DNA from: Bigelowiella natans CCMP2755
Lineage: Eukaryota; Protista; Cercozoa
Direction: 5' to 3'
DNA: 64,000 bases
NCBI GenBank assembly: GCA_000320545.1
Contig: ADNK01000773.1
Location: 1-64,000 of the forward strand
The translations under genes and the position numbers were made by a program. Position 1 is the stretch's first letter; every line of letters begins with the position of its first letter. Below the pieces are notes generated by a model. It was not told the DNA's origin. It saw only the letters and a list, made by a program, of their open reading frames with translations, and did not search any database. Below are positions 1-12,574 of the stretch, in pieces.

Positions 1-957
1 GTAGCCTTTCTCCGTAACGTAAGTGGATTCCTTTATCTTTAACTTGAACTCTTCAAACCTTGCCTGATCATCACCTGTGTTGTAATTAAAATCATGTAGT
101 TCGTCGATCATATCCTGGAAGCGCGTGGCAAAGTCTCTAACAGGTTCTCTCTCATGCTGCATCATTGCTCTGTATTTTCTAATAGCCTGGGGTAGGGAGT
201 TAGCATCCTGTTCATTTACAAAAGCCTTCATTATCGCCTCAACGTCTCGTAGCCCACTAACTGTAGTGTGTATTTTCTCTAGCTGCCTGATCCGGGTCCT
301 GCCTGTCTCGTAAAGGTCCATGGCTTGCTTTATTATAGCTAGCCATTTGAGCTTGTCGTTTTCGGTGGGGTTAGGGGTAAAGTCGCAGAGTATACTCCTA
401 GCGTTCTTCCACCACCTCCTTGCCTCACCTCTTTTCCCGTTGTATTTCGTTATCATAACCGGTGCTGTTTTAACAGACATGAACTGGGTGTTCCGCTGTA
501 CCGGCTGCTGCTGCTTGACGGTGCTCTGGGTCGTCCCCCGCGAGGCGCCCAGACCCCCGTCGTTCCTAAACAAAGCTGCCCACTCTGGAGGTAAGTCTGC
601 TTCGTAATCCATGATGTCCTGCATGATAGCTGCCCAAACATCATGTGTCTGATACTTGTATTCTATCGATACTTTCAGTTTGGCGTAGTTGCTCGCCCTG
701 GGTCGCAAGGCTCGTAATGCCATTACGACCTTCTTGCTTTCGGCGGCCACGTCCTCGTCGTCCGCCTCGTAGAAGTTCTCCAGTGCCTCTGCTGCTGCAT
801 CTGCTTTCTTAATCCCGGGTGCTGGTCCCGGCGGTGCCTGTGGAGGTGTTCCTCCTCCTTCCTTAGCGTCCGTATCGCCCTTCCTTTCCTGTTTCTGCTC
901 GTGCCCTTGCACGGCCTGCGAGCCAAAGTCCTGCTGTTCTTCTAGCTGCTGTGACAT
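1..957 (-). CDS. gag: Retrotransposon Gag (partial, 319 codons open to window edge)
   Basis: ATG at 957 gives MSQQLEEQQDFGSQAV...TKYNGKRGEARRWWKNAR...YRAMMQHEREPVRDFATRFQDMIDEL... The F/Y-x-G...W motif and Q-x3-E-x-V-x-D-F-x2-RF major-homology-like motif are typical of Ty3/gypsy capsid. Absent from the ORF track because there is no stop in the window. Confidence 0.85.
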   Translation of the reverse strand, partial: MSQQLEEQQDFGSQAVQGHEQKQERKGDTDAKEGGGTPPQAPPGPAPGIKKADAAAEALENFYEADDEDVAAESKKVVMALRALRPRASNYAKLKVSIEYKYQTHDVWAAIMQDIMDYEADLPPEWAALFRNDGGLGASRGTTQSTVKQQQPVQRNTQFMSVKTAPVMITKYNGKRGEARRWWKNARSILCDFTPNPTENDKLKWLAIIKQAMDLYETGRTRIRQLEKIHTTVSGLRDVEAIMKAFVNEQDANSLPQAIRKYRAMMQHEREPVRDFATRFQDMIDELHDFNYNTGDDQARFEEFKLKIKESTYVTEKGY

Positions 958-1189
958 TGTTAGTCAAATCGTTTCCCGTGTGTGGAAGCCAAAGGTTGTT
1001 GCGCGTAAGGTGTTCACAGGCCGAGGCGCTACGTGCACAAGTAGGCAGGGGGGGGGAAAGGCACGTTTGCTTCCTTTTGAAGAGTTGTGTTTATTTTTAT
1101 TAAAGATTATATTTTTATTAAATCGTGCACTGCGTAATCATTCGCGAAGCTTTCGCGAATGCCGCCGCACGTGGGGCAGCACACTTCCG

Positions 1190-1200
1190 GTGTGCTGCCA
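1190..1200 (-). promoter_or_regulatory. Primer-binding site (TGGCAGCACAC), tRNA-Leu-like in its first 7 nt
   Basis: TGG directly after the LTR-terminal CA. TGGCAGC is complementary to the ...GCUGCCA 3' end of many eukaryotic tRNA-Leu. Confidence 0.5.
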
Positions 1201-1322
1201 TGAGTCCCGCCGGAACCCACGTGCCTATGCTGTATTAATATCTACGTTATCTATATTCTATATCCGCGACAACCCCTTTGTTGTCGCACGTGACTTGTGC
1301 CCGCGTAGTGGTACGCGCTACA
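1201..1322 (-). repeat. Putative 5' LTR (~122 bp)
   Basis: Minus strand reads TGTAGCGCG...GGGACTCA, with an AT-rich TATA/polyA-like core. It abuts the PBS, and its outer end coincides with the start of the TpA-depleted flank. The second LTR is not in the window. Confidence 0.6.
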
Positions 1323-2200
1323 GAGAGCAAGACTGAAGGAGCGTGCGTGCAGGCGAACGGACGTCCAGCGCACGTGAAGTGGCTTCCAGTTGACGAACGA
1401 ACAACTGAATGAGTCGATGCAAATGCTTGTCTCCCATGCACGTGGTGATTGCGCACGCAATGCTCGTAGCAAGCATTCGATTCGCAACCTGTGTGCAATT
1501 TGTTCAATGTTCAATGTCAAACGATTGAACCTAGCTGGCTAGCTTGAACCAACTGTTCACAGTGGCGATGAATGAACACTCACAATGACTGAAATGGAAC
1601 CAACTGAGTTTTCCATGCAGTTTGTGTTGTGCACGGGGAATGCTAGAATGCCGTTTTTGGACGTTGCCAAGCAGAATCACGACACGCAACTGATCAGCTG
1701 TCAGTGGGACAACTAGCAATTTGCACCGCTCATTTGCACCGCTCTAGCGCTGAACACGAACGTGGATTGTGCCACACACAGCCAGATTGCACACATCACA
1801 TGGTGTCGGCGGCAGCTGTGTGTCATGTGTGTCAGACATGCTAGCATGCCATGTGGCCATGGATGCCATCAATGTGCACATTCATGCACAAAGCACACGC
1901 AGTGCGCTACTAACTAGCCAACACGAAGTGAAATCACATCTCTGTTCTTCGAGGATCCATCATCGTTTGAAACGTCCATCATCGTTTGAAACGCGATTTC
2001 CCATGAAGCATGGCCTTGGCCCGTGCAAATGAGGCACGAAGACACATGCCTCGAGCAAGGTACATTGGACCACAAATTTAGACATCGATCAGGCCATTTC
2101 TGAGCTACAATGGAGAAAGAAGCACCTAGTGTCACATCTCATGATGACTACTGGCATCAACAGACTGACTGTCATGACTGTACAATCTTGCAGGATGGAA
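1323..2200. other. TpA-depleted, CTAG-sparing intergenic tract
   Basis: 1323-1900 has 7 TA dinucleotides by hand count: 6 in CTAG and 1 in GTAG. Rich in TG/CA. Confidence 0.9.
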
Positions 2201-2253
2201 CGCAATGACCAGGCGAACCAATTTTTTGAGAGCAAATCGAAACGTTATTGCTT

Positions 2254-5200
2254 CTAATCTAGACTTGCCACATCATCGTAATCCTACAAGAAGTATGGAA
2301 TGAAGATGATGAATGATGATTCTTCCTAAACGAACTCTTTTTGCCGAAAATTGCAATCAGATCTCGCTTTTTCACGAACTTGAATGTAAATTGTTACGTG
2401 CATATGTGGCTTTTAGTCTCAATGTAATCGGCTAAGAATACCCATTCATCTCCTAAATCATTATCTCCAACGCCATCCTTCTCGTATTTGTGGACTTCCG
2501 CTTCAAGCTAGAACGAGAAATTATTCAGAGATAATGAGTTTGAACATTGATGTTAATTAAAAAATAACTTATGAGAATCTTCAAAAGGATATTCAACGGT
2601 TATGGAAGTTAGCTATCCTTGGTGACATCACCAGATGAAGAAAATTGAGTTGCTTAGCGTCCGGTAAGTTTTGAATTTCCTTGTTACTAAGGGTTTCAAT
2701 TGAAGTCAATGCTCTGTCATTCGTTTTCCCGATCAAGACATTCAGGTACTCCTCAGATTTCTATATTATAAGAAAAACGTGAAAGAGATTCAAGATAACG
2801 CAGCGTCAAATATGTAAAGAATACGATGTGGCTTTGGGACGAAAGTGACATTTCTCTATTTTTTGGCTTCGGGGTCGATCAATACCATATTGTGGGTTGA
2901 GATTTCAGCGGAAATAAGCTGCTGAATTCTGTGCATCAGGAAGACGACAGAGATCATTGTGCCGCCAGTTTCCTCGTCGGAACTGATTTAAAAAAATCAT
3001 TTATCTCTATTATATGCACACATACGCATAAACACACGTAGCTCACATATACACATATTATAATGTTATTTATTAAGTAATTTTAATGTATACGTGTTTG
3101 AGTTTGGGCGTTTCTCATTATCAGCATATTTTTCAATTCCTATGTACCTTCCTGAGGGTGCGACGTATCCTTCTAGAATTCTCCTACGGTCCGTGGCGGT
3201 CCCTGCCTGTGACAGTTGCTGTATGACCCAGTCCACCCTTTGCTGTGCTGTCTGTATATACAAAGGGTTGTTGTCGCCACCACGTTGTAAGAGCAGCAAA
3301 GAATACGGGAAAATTACTACTTAACCATGATATAAAGGCACTGAAGCGAATCACCTCGTCATAGCCACTGAGGTCTATCACTTCCTTTATGAGCGGTTTC
3401 TCCGGTTCCGATTCAAACCGCAGCTTGTCGCGAGGGGACACCTAACCGTAAGAATAAGAATGAAGAAACAACATACCAAATATATATAAAATACCCACAC
3501 ACAACCATTCAGTCTCCCAATTTAATAAAGGATTAATAAAGGTGAAATTTTCCGTCGCTTTCTTCTCTTATCCTGCCTTGTAAGGTCAAAGTGTCTGTTT
3601 ACGTTGGTTCATTTGAACACACCTTAAGTTTGGCCGCATTCTCGGACATCTCGCGGAAGGCAACTTTCTCTTCTTCAGCCTTCGCCTGTTGCAGCAATTT
3701 TGCACCCGAATTTGCTTAGATGGGTAATAGGAGGAGAAGAAAAAAGATTCATATTCACCTTCAGCTCCTCAATTCTTTCTTCTAGACTTGTGGATACCAT
3801 ATCAGAAAACCCCATGGCGCGTAGCGCCTCATCCTCCATTCCGCCTAGAGAATTTATTCCCGCCTCTGAGACCATATTCATGTTCTCGCTGTTTCGTTTC
3901 CCAATATTTGCATCTTGAGAAAGGATCTATCACGATAACACGAAAACGATATTCTGATCAGAATAAGCCTGCTTCGTTTCTTTAGGAATGTTCAACACGT
4001 CTAACGTAACCAACATGCTTAAATTGCACATCACGAATAAATGATGATTTGCTTGTCGGGAGATCATTGCATTATGATATGATTATAATTTTATGATTTA
4101 CTTTCACCTCGTCTAGGGGATTGGAGAATTTGCTGATATCAAAAGCTGCTAATTTTGTTGGACCATTTGAAACGTCGATGCTGTGATCATCTCTTTGGAT
4201 CGATGACTCAACCACCTATTGGAACATTTAGTTGTAATCTGCTCGTTTAGACTGCAACAAGAAATATCTGATATAATTCCCAATAATTTGCTGTAAAGTC
4301 CCCGCTTTTTCCATTATGGATCAAGAATTCATATGTTCATTGATTCAACATTCTGAAATCCTCCTTGTTTTTGCTATTAGGCATTACTGTCTATTGGTGC
4401 TAAAAGCAGTACTTATACTTATACCTGTCCCTCCTTCTTTTCGTTGGCCTTTTTCTCCTCTCCACCAACCATGGAGCTACTTCGGGTGATCTCGCCATCT
4501 TCCGCTGCTGGTGCTGGGGTCAGCGTTTTGGACCACTCCTGTGCGTCAACCTAGGGTGGACGATGATTTAATGACTGGTCTTACCAGCCGCTGCGTTTGC
4601 AGGTGGATATAAAACCCCCACACACAAACACACATTTACAACGGCGAGATACCCCATTGTTCAGAATTCTTTCCCTGTAGAAGGAAACGCGGCCTAAGAG
4701 ACGCTCGAGCTGGACTTTTTTGGTTTGATCCTGGACATAGGATGCACATTCGCTTACAGTATCGTGGTGATGCACCCATAAAAAAATCCTACCTCAGTAT
4801 CTTCTGTTCGCTGGCTTAGCCATTTGAGGAAGTCGATCTGAATTTGCAATTAAGTGGTTAATGCTTTGGAAATGTTGTTTCTTCTGCTGCTGCTGCAATT
4901 TTTCTTACATCAACGTCGTCGATATTGTCTTTCACAATCCTCTCCAGCGATATACCATGCCCAGCGCTTTGTAAATCATCGAAAAGGAGTTCATATAGCC
5001 ATTCCTAAATGAATAGATAAATACTACATTATCAGCACGGATATAAGGACGAAACACTGTGAATCTTGGACGTGCGCACGTGTGTACACACACACACACA
5101 CACACAAATGATACGATGAAGCAGCAGTAGCTGCTGTTGTTAATGATGATGGTAATGATGAATATGATGATGATTCACGAACATATATCTGGATTTTGGT

Positions 5201-6746
5201 GTTTTTGTGCTCACACATTATATCTTGATAAAGCAGCACGATGGGGATACTTCTAAAGAGGTACTATTGCTACTACTAACTACTGTTACCTTTGTATTAT
5301 CGGGCTGTTCGTCGCCAGGCGACGTCATCATGGCGTAAGCATCACCCGGTTGTTCTTCGTCATTATTATCACTTTGTATCGATACAGGATTTGGGTGTAA
5401 TCCTTCTTTCCGGTCAAAAATACTGCTCTTCTTGGTACCATGATCAACATTCTCATGAGCGTTCGTGGCAGCAGTAACAACACCTTCAATCTGCATTGCC
5501 ACATCCTTCTGCCGTGCTTGAAGTGCTGCGATTTGTCCCCTGTTGTCCAACAACACGATGCTTATTTTTCCGAAAAATGGCATCTCGGACCAATATGATA
5601 AAAGGGGGGGGGGTAGGGAGATATTTGCTGTTTTTTGGAATAATATTTGAAATGGATTGGTTACGCGTTGTCTGCTTGGATTTGACGAAGATGCTCCAGC
5701 CGAGAATAGTGAGAATCCTGCATCAACCGCTGATTCATTTCTATCTGCTTTTCAAACACTTGTGTCAGACGAAGATTCGCCTGCACAAGGGCACGTGACT
5801 CTGAGACCAAATCCTCAACAGCTAAACGCAATAGTCTCATCGAAGCCTGTTATTGTAACATGTATGCATACGTGAGACGGAGCTCGGATTCACCAATGGC
5901 AGATGCAACATAAAAATCTGCACGTCCAAAGAAGTAGAAGAAACGTACATCTACTGATGTCGAACCAATAAGGTTGATACCCATGCACCTCTATTTTCAA
6001 GTCAGTCAGAGCTTCGCCAGCAGAAGTCCAGTTGTAGTCCTTTGGAACATACGTGCGGCCTTCTCTCCTGGCTTGGAGGATAGATTCCCTCTACGATTAT
6101 AACGAGCAGTAATAACATAAGCAAAAGCAAGTATCATGTCCCTCGGTGCTTCATGATGACTCATCTCAAGTCTCGAGAAGAAAGGCATGCAGCAAGAGGA
6201 GGAGGAGGAGGAGGAGGAGAGGAGCCCACCCTATTATTATTATGTTTGGTGTGTTCTTTATTGCCATATCTACCAATATCGTCACCATACTATTACTATT
6301 ACTATGATAAACATTACTGTCATCCTTGTTTTCATCTATTCCTTGGTTCGGCTGACCTCAGGCTCGAAGGCTTTACCAGTATCCACCGTTCGACGGTCTC
6401 CTCTGATTATATCATCTAGCACGTCCAGCATCTCGTCATCGTTTTCTTGCTTGTCTGGCAAAGCCCATACTGCCACATGTCGCTTTATTCTCCGCTCTGT
6501 AACTACAGTTCGAGGAGCACCTCGAAGAGTGCAGGCTGGTGAGCAAAGCTTCGCTCTCTCAGCAGCGACGGGTGTACCCCTCCTTCCTGGAGGTGACGTG
6601 CTGCACGTATGCGCAGCAAGAGATGTTAGTGTAGCGGCTGGAGGCAGAGCTAAACGTTGAGATGGAAAGGGTAATTGCCGGATCATGAACAATACTAGCA
6701 GGGCTATGAGGAGCATCCCTGCAAGCGCTCCCCTCGGAGCCGCCAT
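2254..6746 (-). CDS. Multi-exon hypothetical protein with bipartite plastid-targeting leader, coiled-coil-like
   Basis: Exon 1 MAAPRGALAGMLLIALLVLF... (hydrophobic signal, then S/T/R/A-rich transit-like segment). Downstream GT-AG exons include RESILQARREGRTYVPKDYNW and ASMRLLRLAVEDLVSESRALVQANLRLTQ. Final exon DYDDVASLD* (TAG at 2256-2254). Confidence 0.65.
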
Positions 6747-6838
6747 GGTAGCTGGCTCTGAGTAGGAGGTCCGTTTGGCTTAAGATGTTTCCGGTGTGAT
6801 GCAGGGATTTGTGCGGATATTCATGAAATGGGTCCTAT

Positions 6839-7150
6839 TTATTCCTCCCAATTACCAGATCTTGATGTCGCATGTCCAAAAACGAAACAAATGATTTCCT
6901 GATTTCCTCCCGAGGCGTGCTCTATCGAGTGCGAGCACTGGCGAGGAAGCTGTTTGTTGAGAGTGCGGAAATCAGCGCATTCAGAGACGCTGAATTCGTG
7001 CAACCTTGCTCGGAAACAACACACTTCTTCTTCTAGTCTTCTTTCTCCTTCGTTCTCTTCATTCTGCTCGAACTCTGAGAGCTTTGCCCGACATGAAGCC
7101 CACTCTGTCCTCAACCACAAAGTGCGTTTTGCGTGCCGGAAACCTCAGAA
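6839..7150 (-). pseudogene. Decayed coding relic, possibly DNA transposase-derived
   Basis: LRTEWASCRAKLSEFEQNEE...EEEVCCFRARLHEFSVSECADFRTL has no Tyr but reads naturally if C/H are reverted to Y. In-frame stops lie upstream. Confidence 0.35.
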
Positions 7151-7950
7151 TGGAGATGATGCATGTAGTCCTCTGATCAGAGGGCACTCCCATCATCTGC
7201 ACAGCCAGATGCCTTTGTTCTCATCAGCCCAAAGTGCAACAGAGAATGTTTGGGGGATTGCGGAAGAAGTCGGCCGCGGCTAGCATGTTGGCAACGCCAG
7301 AACGGCTGGTGTGCAATTTCCACAATGAGGCGTCGAATTGAATTTTGTGTCTAGCATTGCAATGCAATGCGCGCAGCAGACCAACAATTTTGCTTTGCAC
7401 ATGTGGAACATTGACGCGTGCGAAATTTGCACTGCCGAAGATTGCAACGCCGCCGGGCTAGCGTAGCGGGCTAGCCTGGTAACGTAGCGGGCGTGCACGC
7501 AAGCTCAACCTGCTGGTCAATGTTTGAGCTAACTAGCTAGGTGCGTGCACCATTAGGGTTGCATTCTTGCATTTCCTCCTACATGCATGCATACTTCCCA
7601 TGATACAACTGTGTGTCATCAGCATGTAATTGCATGTGATCTAGTGATGACTGTCACAACACATTCTAAACATTGTGAGCACGAGGCGAAGACAGATGTA
7701 CAATGCTAAGTGTGGCGGTCGTGCGATGACACAAATGTTCGTGAGGCTCGCTGGCTAGTCATTCACGTGCGCGCAGCGAATGCTACACTACATCACTCAT
7801 TGCGCATGTGCATGTCTAGATGTGCCTGCAAAGCTAAAAAGGGCAGTCCCCCCACTAGACTGCTGTGCATGTTAAGTGCAACATTTACATCATCCTGTCA
7901 GATCTCATGAATTATGCACGAACACATGAACTAACGTAAAGCTAATTAGA
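6860..7950. other. TpA-depleted / CTAG-enriched intergenic tract
   Basis: 6860-7450 has 5 TA (3 CTAG, 1 GTAG, 1 CTAT). The signal weakens towards the gene 3' end at 8014. Confidence 0.85.
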
Positions 7951-8013
7951 TGCCTTTCGGCTTTTGGGACAAATGCACAGTCAAAGCGATGGTATTAGAA
8001 AAGTCATCTTTTC

Positions 8014-8226
8014 TCAATAGCCACTGATACGGGCGTAAGAACCGCCGCTTTCATCTGTGCTCGCAGAGGACCGGCTTCCACCATGCCCGAGAACCTGTTC
8101 ACGTAATTACATATTTTCAAATTACCTCAGCAGCAACATCGTACAATCGAAAGGAGGGTACTAGCTGCAACGCTGCTGCAGCATGTAGGGGCATGTTCTT
8201 CTACTTCCACTAGATGACAACATATG

Positions 8227-8263
<37 letters not shown>

Positions 8264-8558
8264 CAGAGAGACAGATGAATAGATAAACACACCACTCGCA
8301 CACAATATGTTTGTACTTAGTACATGCAAATATAAATATAAAACATTAATATTGTAGAGTACGGCGAGCCAAGGGAGGGGAGGATTCCTATTACCATCAA
8401 GTAGAAATTCGTAGTGTTCGGCAGCTTAAAAACTTCCAAATACCTGATATTATTATCGAACGAGGGATGTACGTAAACGGGGAGAAAACGTCTTGCCGCC
8501 TTGTGGAGAAAGACGATTCCAAATACGAAACTAGAAGTAGCTGTTGTTCATGTTATTG

Positions 8559-8589
<31 letters not shown>

Positions 8590-9833
8590 ACATGAAGTAG
8601 ACAATGCAGAAAGTATTCGTCCATTCGAGGATCACCTAGAGAATATTGTGATTATTCTGCTGCTGCTGCTGATAAGTATTATGATGGTGACTACGGGGAA
8701 GTGAAGGCTCAAACCAACTGCAACAACCGACCTCAAAATTCGTGGTAATAAGAGTCTCAGGCTCTCTACTGATGAGGAATCGCTGCTTGCTCAATACAGA
8801 CAGCACAAATACGACCCATCCTTGGCGTTTATACCCTTTATTACGGACAGAGAGAGGAGGGGGGGGATGCGGAGAGGAAGAAGGAATGGAGAGGGAGGTG
8901 AGTGGTGTGAGGAATATAACTTTTGAGTCAAAACCACATCTTCTAAGTCGTCGTCATGATCATCATTAGGGGTAAAACTTTAGCTCCTCCTCCTCTTCTA
9001 ACCTATTGGGAAAGCGTTCAGAATCATCCTTAGGAACATGTAAATATCGAAGCCGCCGAAGAACACGCCTGCAGCGATGCTGTGGACCGTGATGTTCTAA
9101 TGATAGGTAGGTAGACGGCGACATTGATGGTGATAGCAGCGTGAATATTATAAAGAACAAGGAGGAAGAACATGATGGTGAATCGAGTAAAAGGCGAAGA
9201 GTCACCATTGATGGCAAAAAGATAGTTAGCAATGGTAGTAGTGTTATCATAGGAGGAGGAGGAGGAGGAGTAGTAGTAGTAGTAATATCACTGTTACACA
9301 TCATGAATTTCAATATATGTGGTGAGCAGCAAGGACCGCTTTCTCGTCGACGCAGCCGACGACACTCAATCCAAGGAAAGCCACGACTGACAAGATCTGA
9401 GAGAGTTGTTGTATGGAGGAGGCTTTGGGTTCTAGTAGCTTGCGATGAGATTGATTGGGTGTTACCAGGAGGGGGTACTCATACTTTTCTCTTTCGTACG
9501 CAGTTGCACCAGCAACCGCTGCTTCCACTCTCCGGCTAGCCATAAGCTCTTTCACATCCTCCTCATCTTGCCTGGTAGAATTTTATGATTTTGACAGGAT
9601 GACGAGGGGGAGGAGAGGGGCGGGAGGGAATGAGGGGTATTTTTGACGGAGTATATCGAAGGCAAAGGTGGCGCAAACGGACCCCCGAATCTACTTTTTT
9701 CCTTCTTCTTCTTCCTCTCAATCATTCATATAAGTATTCATCAATCAAACAAGTTTTTATTACCCCCTTGACACCATAGCAATCGATCCTTGCGACATTG
9801 CTTCTTCCACACCAGCTGCTCAAAGCACACCAC

Positions 9834-9865
<32 letters not shown>

Positions 9866-9937
9866 CAACAACATGCTTATTGAAAACATGATGGACACCA
9901 CGAGTAGTGGTACTAGGTGACCGAATAACAAAGCGAG

Positions 9938-9976
<39 letters not shown>

Positions 9977-10785
9977 AATTGTTAGAGAAACATATTTGAG
10001 TATTGTTTAAAGAGTTGAAGGATATTTCCATTTATTGATAATAAATTCTTACTCTCGCTTCCATCATCAGTCCTGGCCAAGTAAAGGAAAATCTTTTTTT
10101 TGGGGGGGGGGAGGGGAGGAAACAGAATATTCTCAATGTGCCTGGACCAAGAACCGAAGTCATCACACAAGTTTTACTACCTGCGAGACAATGGCGCACG
10201 TGCATCCTTGAATCGTTCCCCATCTTCACGAGAGAGAGAGGGGGGGGGGGGGGGGGGGGGGAAGAAAGAGTTAAGGACTAAGCCCCGTTAGAGCAGACAA
10301 AGGGAAGTACTACCACATCAGCATGAAGAAGCACATTATCAGCATCAATTAATCAATCAATCAATCGACACGCCTACACACACCTACACACACACACGCA
10401 CATCTACCTTGAGATCCAATCTCCAGGAACATAAACCCACAAATCGGAGATGAAAGGAAGATGACCAGAGGGCAACTCCCCAAATACGGCGGCTAATGAT
10501 GATTATAAGGATACGCCATATTAGATCATTACCGCAATGATGGCACATGTCATCGAGTACTAGATTTTTTTAATCATATTTTAGTTATTGTTGTTGTTGC
10601 TGCTGCTGCTGCTGCAGCTGTTGATGATGTACTTGCAATAAGGGTCGAGAGAAGAGTCATCACGCAAGCGCCCAGGGAGATACTGCGGAGGTATCGTGCG
10701 CTGCAAGGAAATGGTAATGGTGATGATGATGATGATGATGATGATAAATCAATCAGAACACAAACACAGAGGGAAAAAGAGTATA

Positions 10786-10823
<38 letters not shown>

Positions 10824-11896
10824 TCCAGCTAGAAAGTCTAAGTTACAGCTCTGCCTAATAATACCTGATATGCGGTCCGATATCACCATTGTCGTCGTCA
10901 TCATGAGGGTGTTGTTAATGTTGTCTCCCTGCCACTGATCATGCAATGAAGACTCAGCAACCATCATCATCATCATCATCCCCATCATTATCACAATCAC
11001 TACCCATCAATCAAGACACTCCTTGCTTGCTATTTCTCTCAGAGCTTATGCTCTCTCTCGCCCCGTCCCGCTACCCCCTCCCCCCCCTGCCTTCTCTCGT
11101 TCCTGATATTACATACTTCTACTAACGACCTTGACAAAGGATAAGTTGACGGAGGGTGCGAAGGTAAAGACGTAGTGCACTACCCACCCACATATAGCAC
11201 CCACATTGCTCCATTCGAACTAGAATATTACACGATTAGCAGTGCATTCCATCATCATGCATCCATCCATCCCTCACCAACACCACCACCATCATCATCA
11301 TCTTCTTCGTCTTCATCACCAACATCATCATCATCATCATCATCATCACAGCTGTCGAGTTGACCGACCACAGCCAAAGGAGTCTCGTCAAGAACTTTCT
11401 CGATGCCCGGGATGAACCGTACCTTTCATGAGTTGGAGAGAGAACAAGTACGATTATCACCGTCCGTTTTGTTTACCATCCGTCGCAATTTGCAGTGGGG
11501 GGCAGAGGAGGGGAAGAGGGAGGGAAAAGAGACGGTTTTGAATTGTGTGCCCCTTGTTTGCCATGTCGTGTCTGTTGCGCAGCATGATGCTTACTACTAC
11601 CTTCGATATTATGGATATACCCACCAAAAGAACATCCACGCGCCGAGCAAAGATCTGAATCGCATGGAAAAGGTCAGAATGACGACGATCGAGGAGGGCA
11701 TAACGCGAATAAATAATGATGCAAATGAATGGATGTGGAGTCGTCCTCGAGTGTATTCTTCTCGCAAGAGAGACGTTTCCATTTACTACTTACTTACTTA
11801 CTTACCCCTCGGCTATGGGGTGTTTGTGCTGAAGTGATGATTCCAAACATATCAAATAGGACAAAGAATGTCACCGCGCAGAACACGTGAATCTGA

Positions 11897-11928
<32 letters not shown>

Positions 11929-12531
11929 TTTGTAGTAGTAGTAGCAGGAGTAGTAGTCTAGAATTAGTCGCTTTGTCTGTGGTGAAGCAAAAACCAAACG
12001 ATCTCCCCCCCCCTCCTAGTTTGCCCGCTGCGCTCTCTTTTCTCCTCTTTCTCACACACAACACCTCTGGGCCACCACGGCAGTCCTAAATAGCAAAATA
12101 ATAACAACAAAATCACATTTGGTTATGGATCACTGGATATATATCTTTGCAACTAGCAGCGTTTTCGGCGTCTTTTTATCGTTGTTGCTCTTACCGGATT
12201 CTTGGTATCACAAACGGGGGGTACCCAGCTCAGGCAAAATATTGCAACCTGTTGTCATCGGTTACTTGAGTCCGGTGGTTGGTGTCGTAGATCAATCGAG
12301 GAATGTATTAATTTACCAATGATATGACGAGCAGCACCCCTTCGCTTACGATAAATCCTGGCTGATATTTATATTTTATAGTGTCTTAGCATTGCATCTA
12401 CCGTCAAGCAAGATTTATTTGCTGGGGAAAAGGATACAACCCCACCTCTGGAGACTGGGCTAGAACAGTGACCCGCGCCCAGTAAATGAAGATTGCGGCC
12501 ATGTATAGCATATCACATGCGTAGCCAGCTG

Positions 12532-12574
<43 letters not shown>

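Larger units (their letters stand above)
1..1322 (-). mobile_element. 5' portion of an LTR retrotransposon (Ty3/gypsy-like), continuing beyond the left edge
   Basis: On the minus strand: short TG...CA-bounded LTR (1322-1201), directly followed by TGG-starting PBS, a ~240 bp leader and an uninterrupted gag ORF. Composition changes abruptly at 1322/1323. Confidence 0.85.

Noticed and set aside
125-926. Short ORF-track ORFs overlapping gag, and the many poly-M/I/S/H/YI/CV ORFs across the window
   Set aside because: They are antisense or alternate-frame shadows of real exons, or translations of intronic microsatellites.
1956-1993. Short tandem duplications (19 bp here, 20 bp at 45926-45965, 40 bp at 60791-60870) as CRISPR-like arrays
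   Set aside because: Only two adjacent copies with no spacers, in a eukaryotic context. These are ordinary slippage duplications.
1323-2200. Classical RIP or 5mC-deamination explanation for the TG/CA-rich tracts
   Set aside because: CpG remains common and TpA, the RIP product, is what is missing.
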